The notes below the pieces were generated by a model that was given only the letters and a program-made list of their open reading frames with translations, was not told where the DNA came from and searched no databases. A stretch of DNA of 12,318 nucleotides, taken from assembly GCA_034408725.1 (NCBI GenBank), contig JAWXCN010000100.1, positions 1-12,318 of the forward strand, given 5' to 3'. Shown here one piece after another: positions 1 to 9,300 of the stretch. Made by a program: the position numbers and the translations under genes. This stretch comes from Candidatus Hydrogenedentota bacterium (GTDB taxonomy: Bacteria; Hydrogenedentota; Hydrogenedentia; Hydrogenedentales; SLHB01). Position 1 is the first letter of the stretch; every line of letters begins with the position of its first letter.

Positions 1-20
1 CATTTCGAGTACCCCGAAGT

Positions 21-113
21 GAAAGCGGCGCTGACACGCCGCAGTCCAAGGCGCTCAGCGCGGCCTAGTCTCCGCGCGGAGCGCCTTGGAGTGCGGCGGT
101 AGTTGGCGCTTTC
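21..113. repeat. REP-like inverted doublet forming a long imperfect hairpin (REPIN/BIME-like)
   Basis: 37-56 CGCCGCAGTCCAAGGCGCTC pairs with 79-98 GAGCGCCTTGGAGTGCGGCG (1 mismatch). Inner stem 58-63/72-77, outer stem 21-27 GAAAGCG/107-113 CGCTTTC. TTGGAGTGCGGCG...CGCTTT resembles, from memory, dispersed extragenic palindromes of GC-rich bacteria. Confidence 0.7.
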
Positions 114-173
114 AATTTCCTGGGCAAATTCGCATCGCAATTGACCGTGATCGCCCCAGTATGCATGGGCCCA

Positions 174-203
174 TTGAATTAAGAAGTCGGCCTGTGCTAC
201 AAA
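174..203 (+). promoter_or_regulatory. Possible sigma70-type promoter for the leader-hisI-trpEG transcript
   Basis: TTGAAT (174-179), 18-nt spacer, TGcTACAAA (extended -10-like, 195-203). Imperfect match, but positioned just upstream of the leader RBS. Confidence 0.3.
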
Positions 204-246
204 TACTGCACTAACGCGGCAATCTAACCGCACCGGAGGAAATGTG

Positions 247-300
247 ATGCCAGCCCATTCGACTTCTCCCCGTCGATGGCGTCACCATATCCACGCCTAG
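247..300 (+). CDS. Putative His/Trp leader (attenuator) peptide MPAHSTSPRRWRHHIHA (17 aa; 18 aa if started at GTG 244)
   Basis: Strong SD GGAGGA at 235-240, 6 nt before ATG 247; TAG at 298-300. Trp codon at 277-279 and His codons at 256-258, 283-288 (tandem) and 292-294. Lies directly upstream of hisI-trpE-trpG and is too short for the ORF track. Confidence 0.7.
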   Translation: MPAHSTSPRRWRHHIHA

Positions 301-387
301 TTTCCTCCTATTCTTTCTGGTAGTCCCGAAACGGTTATTGTGTTTACACGCCTCCGAGCCGGCTGTAAAACAAGAGGATGGATTGTC

Positions 388-777
388 ATGCGCTCCGATG
401 ACCCAAAACCCCAAATGATTGCAGACATCCTGAAGCTGGATGCAAACGGTCTCGTCGCAGCCGTAATACAGCACCACGCAACCGGCCAGGTGCTCATGGT
501 GGGATATATGAACCGGGAAGCGCTCGATATTACGCTGCGTGAGCAGCGCGCATGTTTTTGGTCACGCTCACGGCAGAAATTGTGGCGAAAGGGTGAAAGC
601 TCCGGCAACTTCCTGAACGTGGTCGAAGTCCGCACCGATTGTGATAATGACGCGCTACTGTTGCGGTGCGACCCCGTCGGCCCCACGTGCCATACGAACG
701 AAACCAGTTGCTTTTACCGTGTCGTGAAACCCGATGGCGCCGTCGCTCTCAATGGCGATGGCGTTGCCACCGGATAA
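388..777 (+). CDS. hisI: Phosphoribosyl-AMP cyclohydrolase
   Basis: Motifs GQVLMVGYMN, FWSRSRQKLWRKGESSG, DCDNDALL and CHTNETSCF. SD GAGGA at 374-378 favours ATG 388 (alternative ATG 415). No fused HisE domain. Confidence 0.96.
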   Translation: MRSDDPKPQMIADILKLDANGLVAAVIQHHATGQVLMVGYMNREALDITLREQRACFWSRSRQKLWRKGESSGNFLNVVEVRTDCDNDALLLRCDPVGPTCHTNETSCFYRVVKPDGAVALNGDGVATG

Positions 778-809
778 AAACATGCGGCTTGCCGCGCGAG
801 GATATACAA

Positions 810-2285
810 ATGATTCACCCCACACGCGAGGAATTCCGGCGCGTTGCTACCCCACGCTCGCTGGTACCGGTCCATCGCGACATCGTCGCCGATTTGGAAA
901 CACCGGTGTCCGCGTACATGAAAATTGCCACGGATCATAAATTCTCGTTTCTCCTAGAAAGCGTCGAAAAGGCCGATACTATCGGCCGATATTCTTTTCT
1001 AAGCGCAAACCCTTCCATCGTCTTTCAATCCAAAGGCAACCAAGTCACCATTACCCGCAACGGCGAGCCCTCAACGTTTGAAAGTCTCGACCCGCTCACC
1101 GAATTAAAGACACTCATGGCCCAGTATCGGCCCGTGCAAATCGACCGCGTTCCCGGGTTCCACGGCGGTGCAGTCGGGTACATGTCTTACGATCAGGTCC
1201 GCTTTTTCGAAAAGCTACCCGATGAGAATCCCGACACGCTCGGACTTCCCGATCTCTATTTCATGATCACCGACACTATCCTGATCTTCGACCACGTCAA
1301 CAATCTGCTTAAGATCGTGTCAAACGCGCATGTCGAGAAAAATGCCGACGGCGCATACGACGCGGCGGTCCAGAAGATCGACGCCATCTCCGCTCTGCTT
1401 AAGCGCCAACTTTACGTTCCCACCACCACCTCGGCGCACGCGGACGCCACCACGAAATCGAGTTTCTCGAACGAAGGCTTTTGCGACGCTGTTCGCAAAG
1501 CGAAGGAATACATCTCCGCGGGTGATATATTTCAGGTAGTGCTCTCGCAGAGGTTCGAGCGCAAGGTGAATGCTTCGCCCATCAACCTCTATCGCGCGTT
1601 GCGCTGCATCAACCCGTCCCCCTACATGCTTCTCCTTCAGTTTCCCGACATGGCGCTCGTTGGTTCGAGCCCGGAAGTCATGACGCAGGTGCGCAATGGC
1701 CGCTGCATGGTGCGGCCCATCGCGGGAACCCGTCCCCGCGGCGCGACGCCCGAACATGACCTCGCCCTCGAAACGGAACTCCTCGCGGACGAAAAAGAAA
1801 TCGCGGAGCACGTCATGCTCCTCGACCTCGGACGCAACGATGTTGGCCGCATCTGCAAGCCAGGCACCGTCGCGCCAACCAAACGCATGAGCATCGAGCG
1901 TTACTCGCACGTCATGCACATCGTCAGCCAGGTTGAAGGCGACATGCTCGACGAAGCCGACGCATACGACGCTTTGCGCGCGACCTTCCCAATGGGCACC
2001 GTCAGCGGCGCGCCCAAAATTCGCGCCATGCAAATCATCGATGAACTCGAACCACTCCGGCGCGGGCCTTACTCTGGGGGTGCGGGCTACATCAGCTTCA
2101 ACGGCGAGATGGACACCTGCATAATCATCCGTACCATGATCCTCAAAGATGGCGTCGCGTACGTCCAGGCTGGCGCAGGCATAGTTTACGATAGCGTGCC
2201 GGAACGTGAATTCGAGGAAACCGTAAACAAGGCGAAAGCACTCTTCCGCGCCGTTGAATTTGCCGAAAAAGGACTCGAACTATGA
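810..2285 (+). CDS. trpE: Anthranilate synthase component I
   Basis: Motifs [14 protein letters not shown] and NPSPYM (Trp feedback-site motifs), [61 protein letters not shown] 798-802 before ATG 810. Confidence 0.93.
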   Translation: MIHPTREEFRRVATPRSLVPVHRDIVADLETPVSAYMKIATDHKFSFLLESVEKADTIGRYSFLSANPSIVFQSKGNQVTITRNGEPSTFESLDPLTELKTLMAQYRPVQIDRVPGFHGGAVGYMSYDQVRFFEKLPDENPDTLGLPDLYFMITDTILIFDHVNNLLKIVSNAHVEKNADGAYDAAVQKIDAISALLKRQLYVPTTTSAHADATTKSSFSNEGFCDAVRKAKEYISAGDIFQVVLSQRFERKVNASPINLYRALRCINPSPYMLLLQFPDMALVGSSPEVMTQVRNGRCMVRPIAGTRPRGATPEHDLALETELLADEKEIAEHVMLLDLGRNDVGRICKPGTVAPTKRMSIERYSHVMHIVSQVEGDMLDEADAYDALRATFPMGTVSGAPKIRAMQIIDELEPLRRGPYSGGAGYISFNGEMDTCIIIRTMILKDGVAYVQAGAGIVYDSVPEREFEETVNKAKALFRAVEFAEKGLEL

Positions 2286-2848
2286 TCGTCCTCATTGATA
2301 ATTACGACTCGTTCACCTACAACCTCGTCCAGTATTTCGGCGAAGTGGAACCGGACGTGCGCGTCTTTCGCAACGACGCGATCACCGTCGATGCCATACG
2401 TGATCTAAAACCGGACCGCATCGTCATCAGCCCGGGGCCGTGTACGCCGAACGAGGCAGGCATTTCAATCGAAACCATCAGGGCGCTCGGCAATTCGTTT
2501 CCCATTCTCGGTGTGTGCCTCGGGCATCAGAGCATCGGCGCGGCATACGGAGGCGAAATTGTCCGCGCGGACCGCATCATGCACGGAAAGATCAGCAGCA
2601 TCAGCCACACCGGCAACCCGCTCTTTGCGAATGTGCCGTCGCCGTTCAACGCGACGCGCTATCACTCGCTGATCATCCGGCGCGAGACCTGTCCTGATTG
2701 TCTCGAAATCATCGCGGAAACGACCGATCAAGGCGAAATCATGGCCGTTGCGCACAAGGATCACCCCGTGTGGGGTGTGCAGTTCCATCCCGAAAGTATC
2801 CTCACGGAATCCGGAAAACAGATCGTCAAAAACTTCATGGTCGCCTGA
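2282..2848 (+). CDS. trpG: Anthranilate synthase component II / TrpG-PabA glutamine amidotransferase
   Basis: Motifs [42 protein letters not shown] overlap with the trpE stop. Confidence 0.94.
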   Translation: MIVLIDNYDSFTYNLVQYFGEVEPDVRVFRNDAITVDAIRDLKPDRIVISPGPCTPNEAGISIETIRALGNSFPILGVCLGHQSIGAAYGGEIVRADRIMHGKISSISHTGNPLFANVPSPFNATRYHSLIIRRETCPDCLEIIAETTDQGEIMAVAHKDHPVWGVQFHPESILTESGKQIVKNFMVA

Positions 2849-2955
2849 TCGCCAACACGGCGCGCAATCGCGATCAGACTGCAGACACTTCGCGCCCGAT
2901 TGCTCGCAGCCCGGCTCGAATGCGCTAAGCCGCTGTGTTTTCTTGGCTTATGGTT

Positions 2956-2984
2956 TTGACTTCCCGCCAACAGTGTGCTAAAGT
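2956..2984 (+). promoter_or_regulatory. Sigma70-type promoter
   Basis: TTGACT (2956-2961), 17-nt spacer, TAAAGT (2979-2984), with extended -10 TG at 2976-2977. Upstream of the 3032 ORF. Confidence 0.6.
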
Positions 2985-3031
2985 CAAGAGATTCTCTTGG
3001 GGAATCCCAATCAACAGGGAGGCGGAGCCTC

Positions 3032-3604
3032 ATGGCCCCGAACAAAAAACAGCTAAAGTTAATCGAATTATTGGACCGTAGCATCCAACTGACCCGCGAG
3101 TTCATGAACGACTGGCTGCTCTTTAATCAGATTCTGAGCGCCTATCCAAGCCCCGGTGTCAACAAGGCCCAGTTGGAAAACCAGTTCCTGAAGATCAAAA
3201 GCAAATTGGCCCGCGGCCATCAGGTGCTGCGGGAAAGTCTGGGCGCCGACTACAAGTTTGACTCGAACACGATGAATATCGTGTCCGGCGCAACGAACCT
3301 GGAGTCGATCTACTCGCAATCCGAAGTCGCCATCAAAAAACTGCAAAATGAATGGCATCGGGCGTTCATAGCGATTAACGAAACGCTCGGCGGGCTCGAG
3401 GACAAAAAAGTCCGCGCCGAAGGCGGCGAAAATGTTGTCGTCGGCAACATGGTCATCACCCAAAAGGCCGGCATGTCAAAAGGCACCAAACAGGGGTTAA
3501 TCTTCCTGCTTGTCGTGGGCGTGCTTGGCGGTCTCGGATACGTCTTCAAAGTACACGAGTTATATTTGAGACTTCTTGGTGGCGCGACGCCGCCAGCGCC
3601 GTAG
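3032..3604 (+). CDS. Hypothetical helical protein with C-terminal transmembrane anchor (190 aa)
   Basis: SD-like GGGAGGCGGAG before ATG 3032. Amphipathic helical pattern; hydrophobic segment GLIFLLVVGVLGGLGYVF preceded by lysines. Confidence 0.8.
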   Translation: MAPNKKQLKLIELLDRSIQLTREFMNDWLLFNQILSAYPSPGVNKAQLENQFLKIKSKLARGHQVLRESLGADYKFDSNTMNIVSGATNLESIYSQSEVAIKKLQNEWHRAFIAINETLGGLEDKKVRAEGGENVVVGNMVITQKAGMSKGTKQGLIFLLVVGVLGGLGYVFKVHELYLRLLGGATPPAP

Positions 3605-3669
3605 CAACAGTTGGCGGGGGTAGCTCGGATTCACCGGAAGAATGCGAGGAGGAGAAGGGGGAAGTCGTT

Positions 3670-4017
3670 TTGACCAAACGAGAACTTGTCATTGAAGTGG
3701 CCGAACGCCTGGGTTATACGCAAAACGAAGTTTCAGTGGTTGTACAAGGCACATTGGACGCCATCGTTGCGTGCCTGGCCGAAGGCCAACGCCTCGAGAT
3801 TCGAAACTTCGGCGTCTTCGAAGTAAAATCGCGCGACGCCCGCATGGGCCGCAATCCGCGCACCGGCGATGAAGTCCCTATTAAAGAAAAAAAAGTTGCC
3901 ACGTTCAAGCCCGGGAAAGCGCTGAAAGAATATGTGCAGGACCCTGCCCAGCTCCCGCCACCATCGTTCAGCGATACGGAACTGGTCGCGGAGGTTACAT
4001 CGAGCGCATCCCATTAA
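3670..4017 (+). CDS. Integration host factor / HU family DNA-binding protein (IHF-beta-like) with ~25-aa C-terminal tail
   Basis: Motifs MTKRELV, LEIRNFGVF, GRNPRTG, FKPGKALKE. TTG start after a purine-rich SD region. Confidence 0.93.
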   Translation: MTKRELVIEVAERLGYTQNEVSVVVQGTLDAIVACLAEGQRLEIRNFGVFEVKSRDARMGRNPRTGDEVPIKEKKVATFKPGKALKEYVQDPAQLPPPSFSDTELVAEVTSSASH

Positions 4018-4044
4018 TCCGTGTAATACTTTGTTTTCTATTCA

Positions 4045-4081
4045 ACCGAGGACGGCCAACGCGCCGCCCTCGGTCTTTTAT
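4045..4081 (+). terminator. Intrinsic terminator after the IHF/HU gene
   Basis: Stem ACCGAGG-a-CGGC / GCCG-c-CCTCGGT (4045-4074), 6-nt loop, followed by CTTTTAT. Confidence 0.7.
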
Positions 4082-4093
4082 GAATCGCGCCGG

Positions 4094-4123
4094 TTGCAAC
4101 ACTTCCATCCGGCCTTGTACGAT
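4094..4123 (+). promoter_or_regulatory. Possible sigma70-type promoter for tatC
   Basis: TTGCAA (4094-4099), 18-nt spacer, TACGAT (4118-4123), located between the terminator and tatC. Confidence 0.4.
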
Positions 4124-4203
4124 CCCCGTGCTGCGGCGTAGCTTGATAGAGACGGCTTTCCGGCGCTTCGCGCGGGAGTCGCCCAAAGGCGGTAACAATC
4201 ACG

Positions 4204-4947
4204 ATGGCGACGATGGGCCTACTTAACGGCGACGATAAGCGCATGACGTTTACCGAGCACCTCGGCGAATTGCGCATCCGCCTGATTCGGGTCGTTGTCG
4301 TCCTTGCCCTCGCTTTCATTCTGTGCTTCTACTTTTCAGAAGCCCTCTTCAAACTTATACAGCGCCCCCTCATTGGAAAAGATATTCCGTGGACCACGCT
4401 GCGCCCAATGGAGTCGTTCCTCGTCTACATGAAGCTCGCCGGCTTCGGCGCGGTCGCGATTTGTTTTCCCCATATCGTATTTGAACTCTGTTCCTTCATA
4501 TTCCCTGGGCTCAAAACCAATGAGAAACGCGCCGCAATGGTCCTCCTCGCCGGATGCGCGGCGCTCGCCATCGTCGGCGTCGGCACAAGCTACTTCTTGG
4601 TCGCCCCCCAGCTTATCAACCTCATGATGGACTGGACGCCCGATACCGTCACGCAGCAGCTTCAAATGTCCGATACTGTCAGTTTCGTGTTGATGCTGTT
4701 ACTCGCCTTTGCAATAGCCTTCCAATTCCCGATGGTGGTCCTGATCCTCGTGTTTTTGGGCGTCGTCACACCAGACGCCCTCAAGCAGTACCGGAGCATC
4801 GCGATTGTCCTTCTCGCAATAGCCGCCGCGGTGCTCACACCCACCGTGGACCCGTTCAGTTTCCTTATCATGTGGGTGCCCCTCGTGCTGATGTATGAGG
4901 CCTGCATCTGGATCGCGAAACTGATGGTGCGGAAACGCAAGGAGTAG
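4204..4947 (+). CDS. tatC: Twin-arginine translocase subunit TatC
   Basis: Motifs MTFTEHLGELRIRL, FIFPGLKTNEKR, AFQFP, AAVLTPTVDPFS, LMYEACI; about 6 TM segments. Exact start uncertain (4204, 4213 or 4243). Confidence 0.96.
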   Translation: MATMGLLNGDDKRMTFTEHLGELRIRLIRVVVVLALAFILCFYFSEALFKLIQRPLIGKDIPWTTLRPMESFLVYMKLAGFGAVAICFPHIVFELCSFIFPGLKTNEKRAAMVLLAGCAALAIVGVGTSYFLVAPQLINLMMDWTPDTVTQQLQMSDTVSFVLMLLLAFAIAFQFPMVVLILVFLGVVTPDALKQYRSIAIVLLAIAAAVLTPTVDPFSFLIMWVPLVLMYEACIWIAKLMVRKRKE

Positions 4948-4966
4948 GCGCACAGCCGCAACCAAC

Positions 4967-5503
4967 ATGTTGAACATCGGATTACCAGAGATGGTCGTTA
5001 TCGCGGGCATAGCCCTCATGGTCCTCGGCCCCGAAAAATTCCCCGGCCATGCCAAGATTTTTCTGCGAATGCTGCGCGACGTGCGTGATCATTGGGACGA
5101 CGCCAAACGCGAAATTACCAAGGAACTCAATCCAGTCAAAAAGGAACTCCGCGATCTCCAGCGCTTCAAACCGGAAGAGTTCCTCGACAAAATGACCGGA
5201 GATGTGAATAAAGAAATTACCGCCAGTCCCGCCAATGACAACCCTTATGGCCCCGGCTATCCCTACGCCGATGTCATTGAAGACACAGCGAAACCCGCAA
5301 GTGATGCGGCGCCAAAGCCCGCCGGAGATACTGTCGAATTCGATTCGTCACCGAAGGAACCGTCACCCGGCCGTTCGGAAGACTCCACCTGGGATAGAAA
5401 AGAACAGGATGTAGTTACCGATGGTGGGCCATTGACGGAAGAACAGGAATACCGTTCCGCGCAAAAAGATGACGATCCCCATCCAAAAGACGGTTCGGAT
5501 TGA
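4967..5503 (+). CDS. tatB: TatA/TatB family translocase subunit, TatB-like with long acidic disordered tail
   Basis: MLNIGLPEMVVIAGIALMVLGPEKFP (TM helix plus GP hinge), then an amphipathic helix; adjacent to tatC. Confidence 0.85.
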   Translation: MLNIGLPEMVVIAGIALMVLGPEKFPGHAKIFLRMLRDVRDHWDDAKREITKELNPVKKELRDLQRFKPEEFLDKMTGDVNKEITASPANDNPYGPGYPYADVIEDTAKPASDAAPKPAGDTVEFDSSPKEPSPGRSEDSTWDRKEQDVVTDGGPLTEEQEYRSAQKDDDPHPKDGSD

Positions 5504-5507
5504 TCGA

Positions 5508-6290
5508 ATGACGCGCCAGGAATTCAAGCAAGTCTGCAAACAACGCCGCATGTCCTGGGGCGTGGTCCTGCTCGAACACGTGACGCCCATGATGGCGCGC
5601 ACCTTCGCGCGCGCGGGTTACGACTGGCTGTGGATCGACAACGAGCACGCCCATCAATCCTATGAAACCATCTACGAAACCGCCCGCGCCGCGGAAGACG
5701 TCGGTATCATTCCCCTCGTGCGTGTTACCTCGAATGACTACTCACGTATTGCCCAAGCGCTAGATATGGCCATCGGCGGCGTGATCGTCCCGCGCGTCGA
5801 GACGCCGGAGGAAGTGCGTCATATCGTCGACTGCGCCAAGTATCCCCCAGCCGGCAAACGCGGATTCGGCATGCGCGCTGCGCTGTTTGGCCAACATAAA
5901 ATGAACATGCAGGACCGCGTCACCGACCAAAATGACCGCCGGTTCCTCGTCATCCAATTGGAAAGTCCAAAAGCCGTGGACAATATCGAGAGAATGATCG
6001 AAGTCGCCCAAGGACAGTTAGACGCCATCTTCTATGGACCCGCCGATTTCCAAATGAAAATCGGTTGTCCCGACACTCCAGATCATCCCGACGTCATCGC
6101 CGCCGCAAAACGCATCACGAACGTATCCGCGAAACACAATCTGTCCAACGGCGTGCCCGCGACATCCATCGAAACAGCCCGGCATTGGCGCGATCTCGGC
6201 TTCAATCTCATAACCTACAAGAGCGACGACCAATTCCTCGCCGACGGCGCCTACGAAGGACGCAACGCATTGCGCGCGCTGGAACCGTAA
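5508..6290 (+). CDS. HpcH/HpaI family class II pyruvate aldolase (substrate unknown)
   Basis: Motifs GYDWLWIDNEH, LVRV, ALDM..GGVIVPRVET, KYPPAGKRG, IQLES, GPAD. ATG 5508 follows the tatB stop (alternative overlapping start 5469). Confidence 0.9.
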   Translation: MTRQEFKQVCKQRRMSWGVVLLEHVTPMMARTFARAGYDWLWIDNEHAHQSYETIYETARAAEDVGIIPLVRVTSNDYSRIAQALDMAIGGVIVPRVETPEEVRHIVDCAKYPPAGKRGFGMRAALFGQHKMNMQDRVTDQNDRRFLVIQLESPKAVDNIERMIEVAQGQLDAIFYGPADFQMKIGCPDTPDHPDVIAAAKRITNVSAKHNLSNGVPATSIETARHWRDLGFNLITYKSDDQFLADGAYEGRNALRALEP

Positions 6291-6331
6291 CGCGCTTCCA
6301 TTGCCGGGACGTTCCGGCGATACTCTCGTCC

Positions 6332-9300
6332 ATGTTCTTCCACGCGCGAATAAACCAACAGGCAATCCTCCCTCTTATTCTCGCCGCCGCATGGTGCATC
6401 CCGCCAATGGCCGTCAACGCGCAAACAGTCCTCGTCGAAACCGCCACGCTCACAGCGTCCCGCGAATCAGTCCGCGTATATCTCCAACAACTCCGGCTCG
6501 ACGACCCAACTCTTGAACTCCTCCCGGTCCAGATGCCCGGCGATTCACCCGCAGGCCCCATCTTCCTCGCGCCAGACAGTTCGACCGCCATCACTGCAAC
6601 AAGGATACATCGGTATGGCAATACCGCGGACATCCTGGCCGGGATTTCTCTCGCCACGCCCCGCATCCCAGATAGGTACGCACAATCAATTGGGTTGCTG
6701 AATCAGAATCTCGCGGGACTGGTCAATGGAAACGCACAAGAATCTCCGCGCGCCGTCGTGGTCGGAACATTAGACAGCGGCCCTCTTGCTGGACATGGCC
6801 GCATCGACGCGTGGCCGTACCAGTCGAATCCATCACTGTCATTTCATGATTCGCCCGCCACGTGGTTGCTCCCCGGAGCTCCGTTCGCCGCGCTCACGCA
6901 TCCTACCGCGAATTGGGCCGCTGTGTTGTGCATGACGCCCGCGGGCACAACCGTCCTCCACGTCAGGGACATGCTGCGCGGACGCATCCTTCAGGAACGC
7001 ATGCCCATCGCCGGCCCGCGCGAACAACTCGAGCCCGCGGCGCTCGCGCTTCGCGCAGACAGCGGCATTTTGCTTGCAGTGCTCAATTACACCAGCACGG
7101 AAGGCGCTGGCGGTGAAGGACGCTGCCATGCGGTTGCAATTGATGCCCGCTCCTTTACCCGCCGCGGAGATGTCGTCGAACTGCCAGGCCTTTTCACACA
7201 GGACTGCCAGATAGAGCAAGCCGCGAACGACGCATGGTGGATTTCTACACGCACCCCCGGCGCCGGGTTCGCATTCGTTACGCGCCTTGTCGCGAATGGG
7301 GAAACATTCGAACAAGGAAACCAGTATTCCTTCACGAGTGTCACCCATAACGTCCGCATCGCCTCTTCGGGTACGAATCTCGCAGTCAGTGTCGACCGCA
7401 GGCTGGCGATTTGGCCAAACGGCGTGCCCGGTAGCATCTCGGTCTCGTACGCCACGCCGATTTCTGCCATCGATTGGGCCGGAGACCTGGTCATCGCCTC
7501 GGAAGCAAATCGCATCCACGGCGTCAGGGCCAGTGACGGCGACGAAGTGGCGATGTGCGCTGTGCAATCGGGCCACGTAGTCGCCCTGCGCGCGCTTCCT
7601 CCAAATATAACGTTGCCCGTAGAAACCGACGGCGATCGCATCGCCGACTCCGTCGATCCCGAACCCGGCCAAGTTTCGCCGCACCTCGATCTGCCCTCCC
7701 GGATTACGTTGCGCGCGGAAGCCGCGGGCCGCGAGGTGCGCGCCATCCGCATTGATGCCGAGCACGCCGGCAACGCTGTCTGGACTGTCGATGTAGACCC
7801 CCAACACGCCCCGTGGTTGCGCGTGTTCCCCAGGCACGGAACCGTGCCCGGCTGGTTTCTCGCGGGCATCGATCCCTCACAACTGTTTGAAAATAACGGC
7901 GCAACCGCGACAATCGCGGTGTCACTCTCCGGCACTACGCCTAAAATGCCCGCGGCCAACTCCCCACGTCGCATCACCGTGGATATCCGCCCGCGTAGCG
8001 CGGACGCCAAAAAAATACTGTGGCTACTGGGCGCGAATGTCTCACCCAACGAACAAGACCAAGAGACCGGAAACGGACCAGAAAATGCAGTAGAGCCAGG
8101 GAACCCAGACTTCGCGGCGCTCGCGCGTGTCCTCGCCGGACCTCCCTTTTACTTCTCCCACGTCTACCCCAATGGCCGAGCACCCGAAGTGCTCGTTCCC
8201 TACGGCGCAGTCGTCGTCGATACCGGCGCCATTGACCGCGGAATCGTAAACAGGCAAGCCCTCCTGGATTACGTCGCGGATGGCGGCGGGCTGCTACTCG
8301 TCGCCGGAATGTCCACTGCCGCCGCTCCGGTATCGCAACGCTGGCTCTCACCTTTGGGAATTGTGCTGGACGGTGAAGGCTTGACCGCCGACAAAACGAA
8401 AGTTGTCGCGCAACACAAATTAACCCAAAATTGGCCCGCTACCGATATGTCAGACGCTGCTCGCATTCAAGTCGGGGCTGGCTTGACCGTCTTGGCGCAA
8501 ACGGGGGATGTTCCCGTGTTTGCCATACGGCCATTCGGTCGAGGGCGCCTCGCCGTCCTCGCCGCTCCGAATCCCCTCTTCCTAAATCCGCCCAGTCTCA
8601 ATCGCGCCTTCACGCTCGACCTCTTCGAGTGGCTCTCACGCGCAATTCTTGAATCCGCTGACCTCGACGACGACGGACTGCCAGACTCCCTCGAAGACCG
8701 CAACGGCAACGGCATTGTCGACCCCGGCGAAACAAGCCAGCTAATTCCCGACTCGGACGGCGACGGCCTTCCAGACGGCGCCGAAGACCAGAATGCTGAT
8801 GGCATCGCCGATGAAAATGAAACCAGTCCAATCCATCCCGATTCCGATGGAGATGGCAACTGGGACGGCGCGGACTACGACCCCCTGCCCCCCGCCGGCG
8901 CTCCAACCGCCGCCGCGTTCTTGCCAAACACGGGACCAGCCGAAGGCGGAACGCGGGTCATAATCGATGGCCGCAATCTGACCGCCGATACCGCCATCTG
9001 GTTCGGCGCACACCCCGCGCGCATCGTGCGTCTAACGAATACGACAAGCCTGTTGGTCGAGTCTCCCCCTGCTGATGAGCCCGAAGGCGGGCCGGTGGAC
9101 GTTCGGATTGAAGGCGCAGGCGCGCAAAGCACCATTCTCACGGGCGCATTTACCTATACCCCCCGAAGCTCGGTGATGCTATCCATTACCGCAGTCGCCG
9201 CGTCGAGGACGCAATACGAAGCACTCGTAACACTCCGCCTTGATGCGCCTCCCGGCGTGCGGATCGGGCGCATCGCCGCGCGGCTGGATTCAGAACCACC

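Noticed and set aside
242-247. ATG-TGA start-stop minigene overlapping the leader start (ATGTGATG)
   Set aside because: Only 1 nt from the SD, too close for efficient initiation; ATG 247 has optimal spacing.
301-387. Classical intrinsic attenuator terminator
   Set aside because: No GC-rich stem followed by a U-run on the + strand between the leader and hisI.
666-809. N-terminal extension of TrpE in the ORF track (likewise 340-387 for HisI, 2975-3031, 6065-6331 and 9531-9671)
   Set aside because: These extensions overlap upstream genes or promoters and lack family-like sequence; better SD-supported or non-overlapping starts lie downstream.
1320-2033. Long antisense ORFs (also 6839-7837, 7087-8049, 10050-10691 and others)
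   Set aside because: Shadow ORFs opposite well-supported genes in GC-rich DNA, with no recognisable motifs.
810-2285. PabB (aminodeoxychorismate synthase) instead of TrpE
   Set aside because: LLES and NPSPYM feedback motifs and PIAGT (rather than PIKGT) favour anthranilate synthase.
2860-2907. Inverted repeat GCAATCG/CGATTGC after trpG as a terminator
   Set aside because: Large loop and no U-tract; too weak to call.
6065-6331. Arg-rich N-terminus of the long ORF as a Tat signal peptide
   Set aside because: It is an alternative frame of the aldolase gene, not a real twin-arginine leader.
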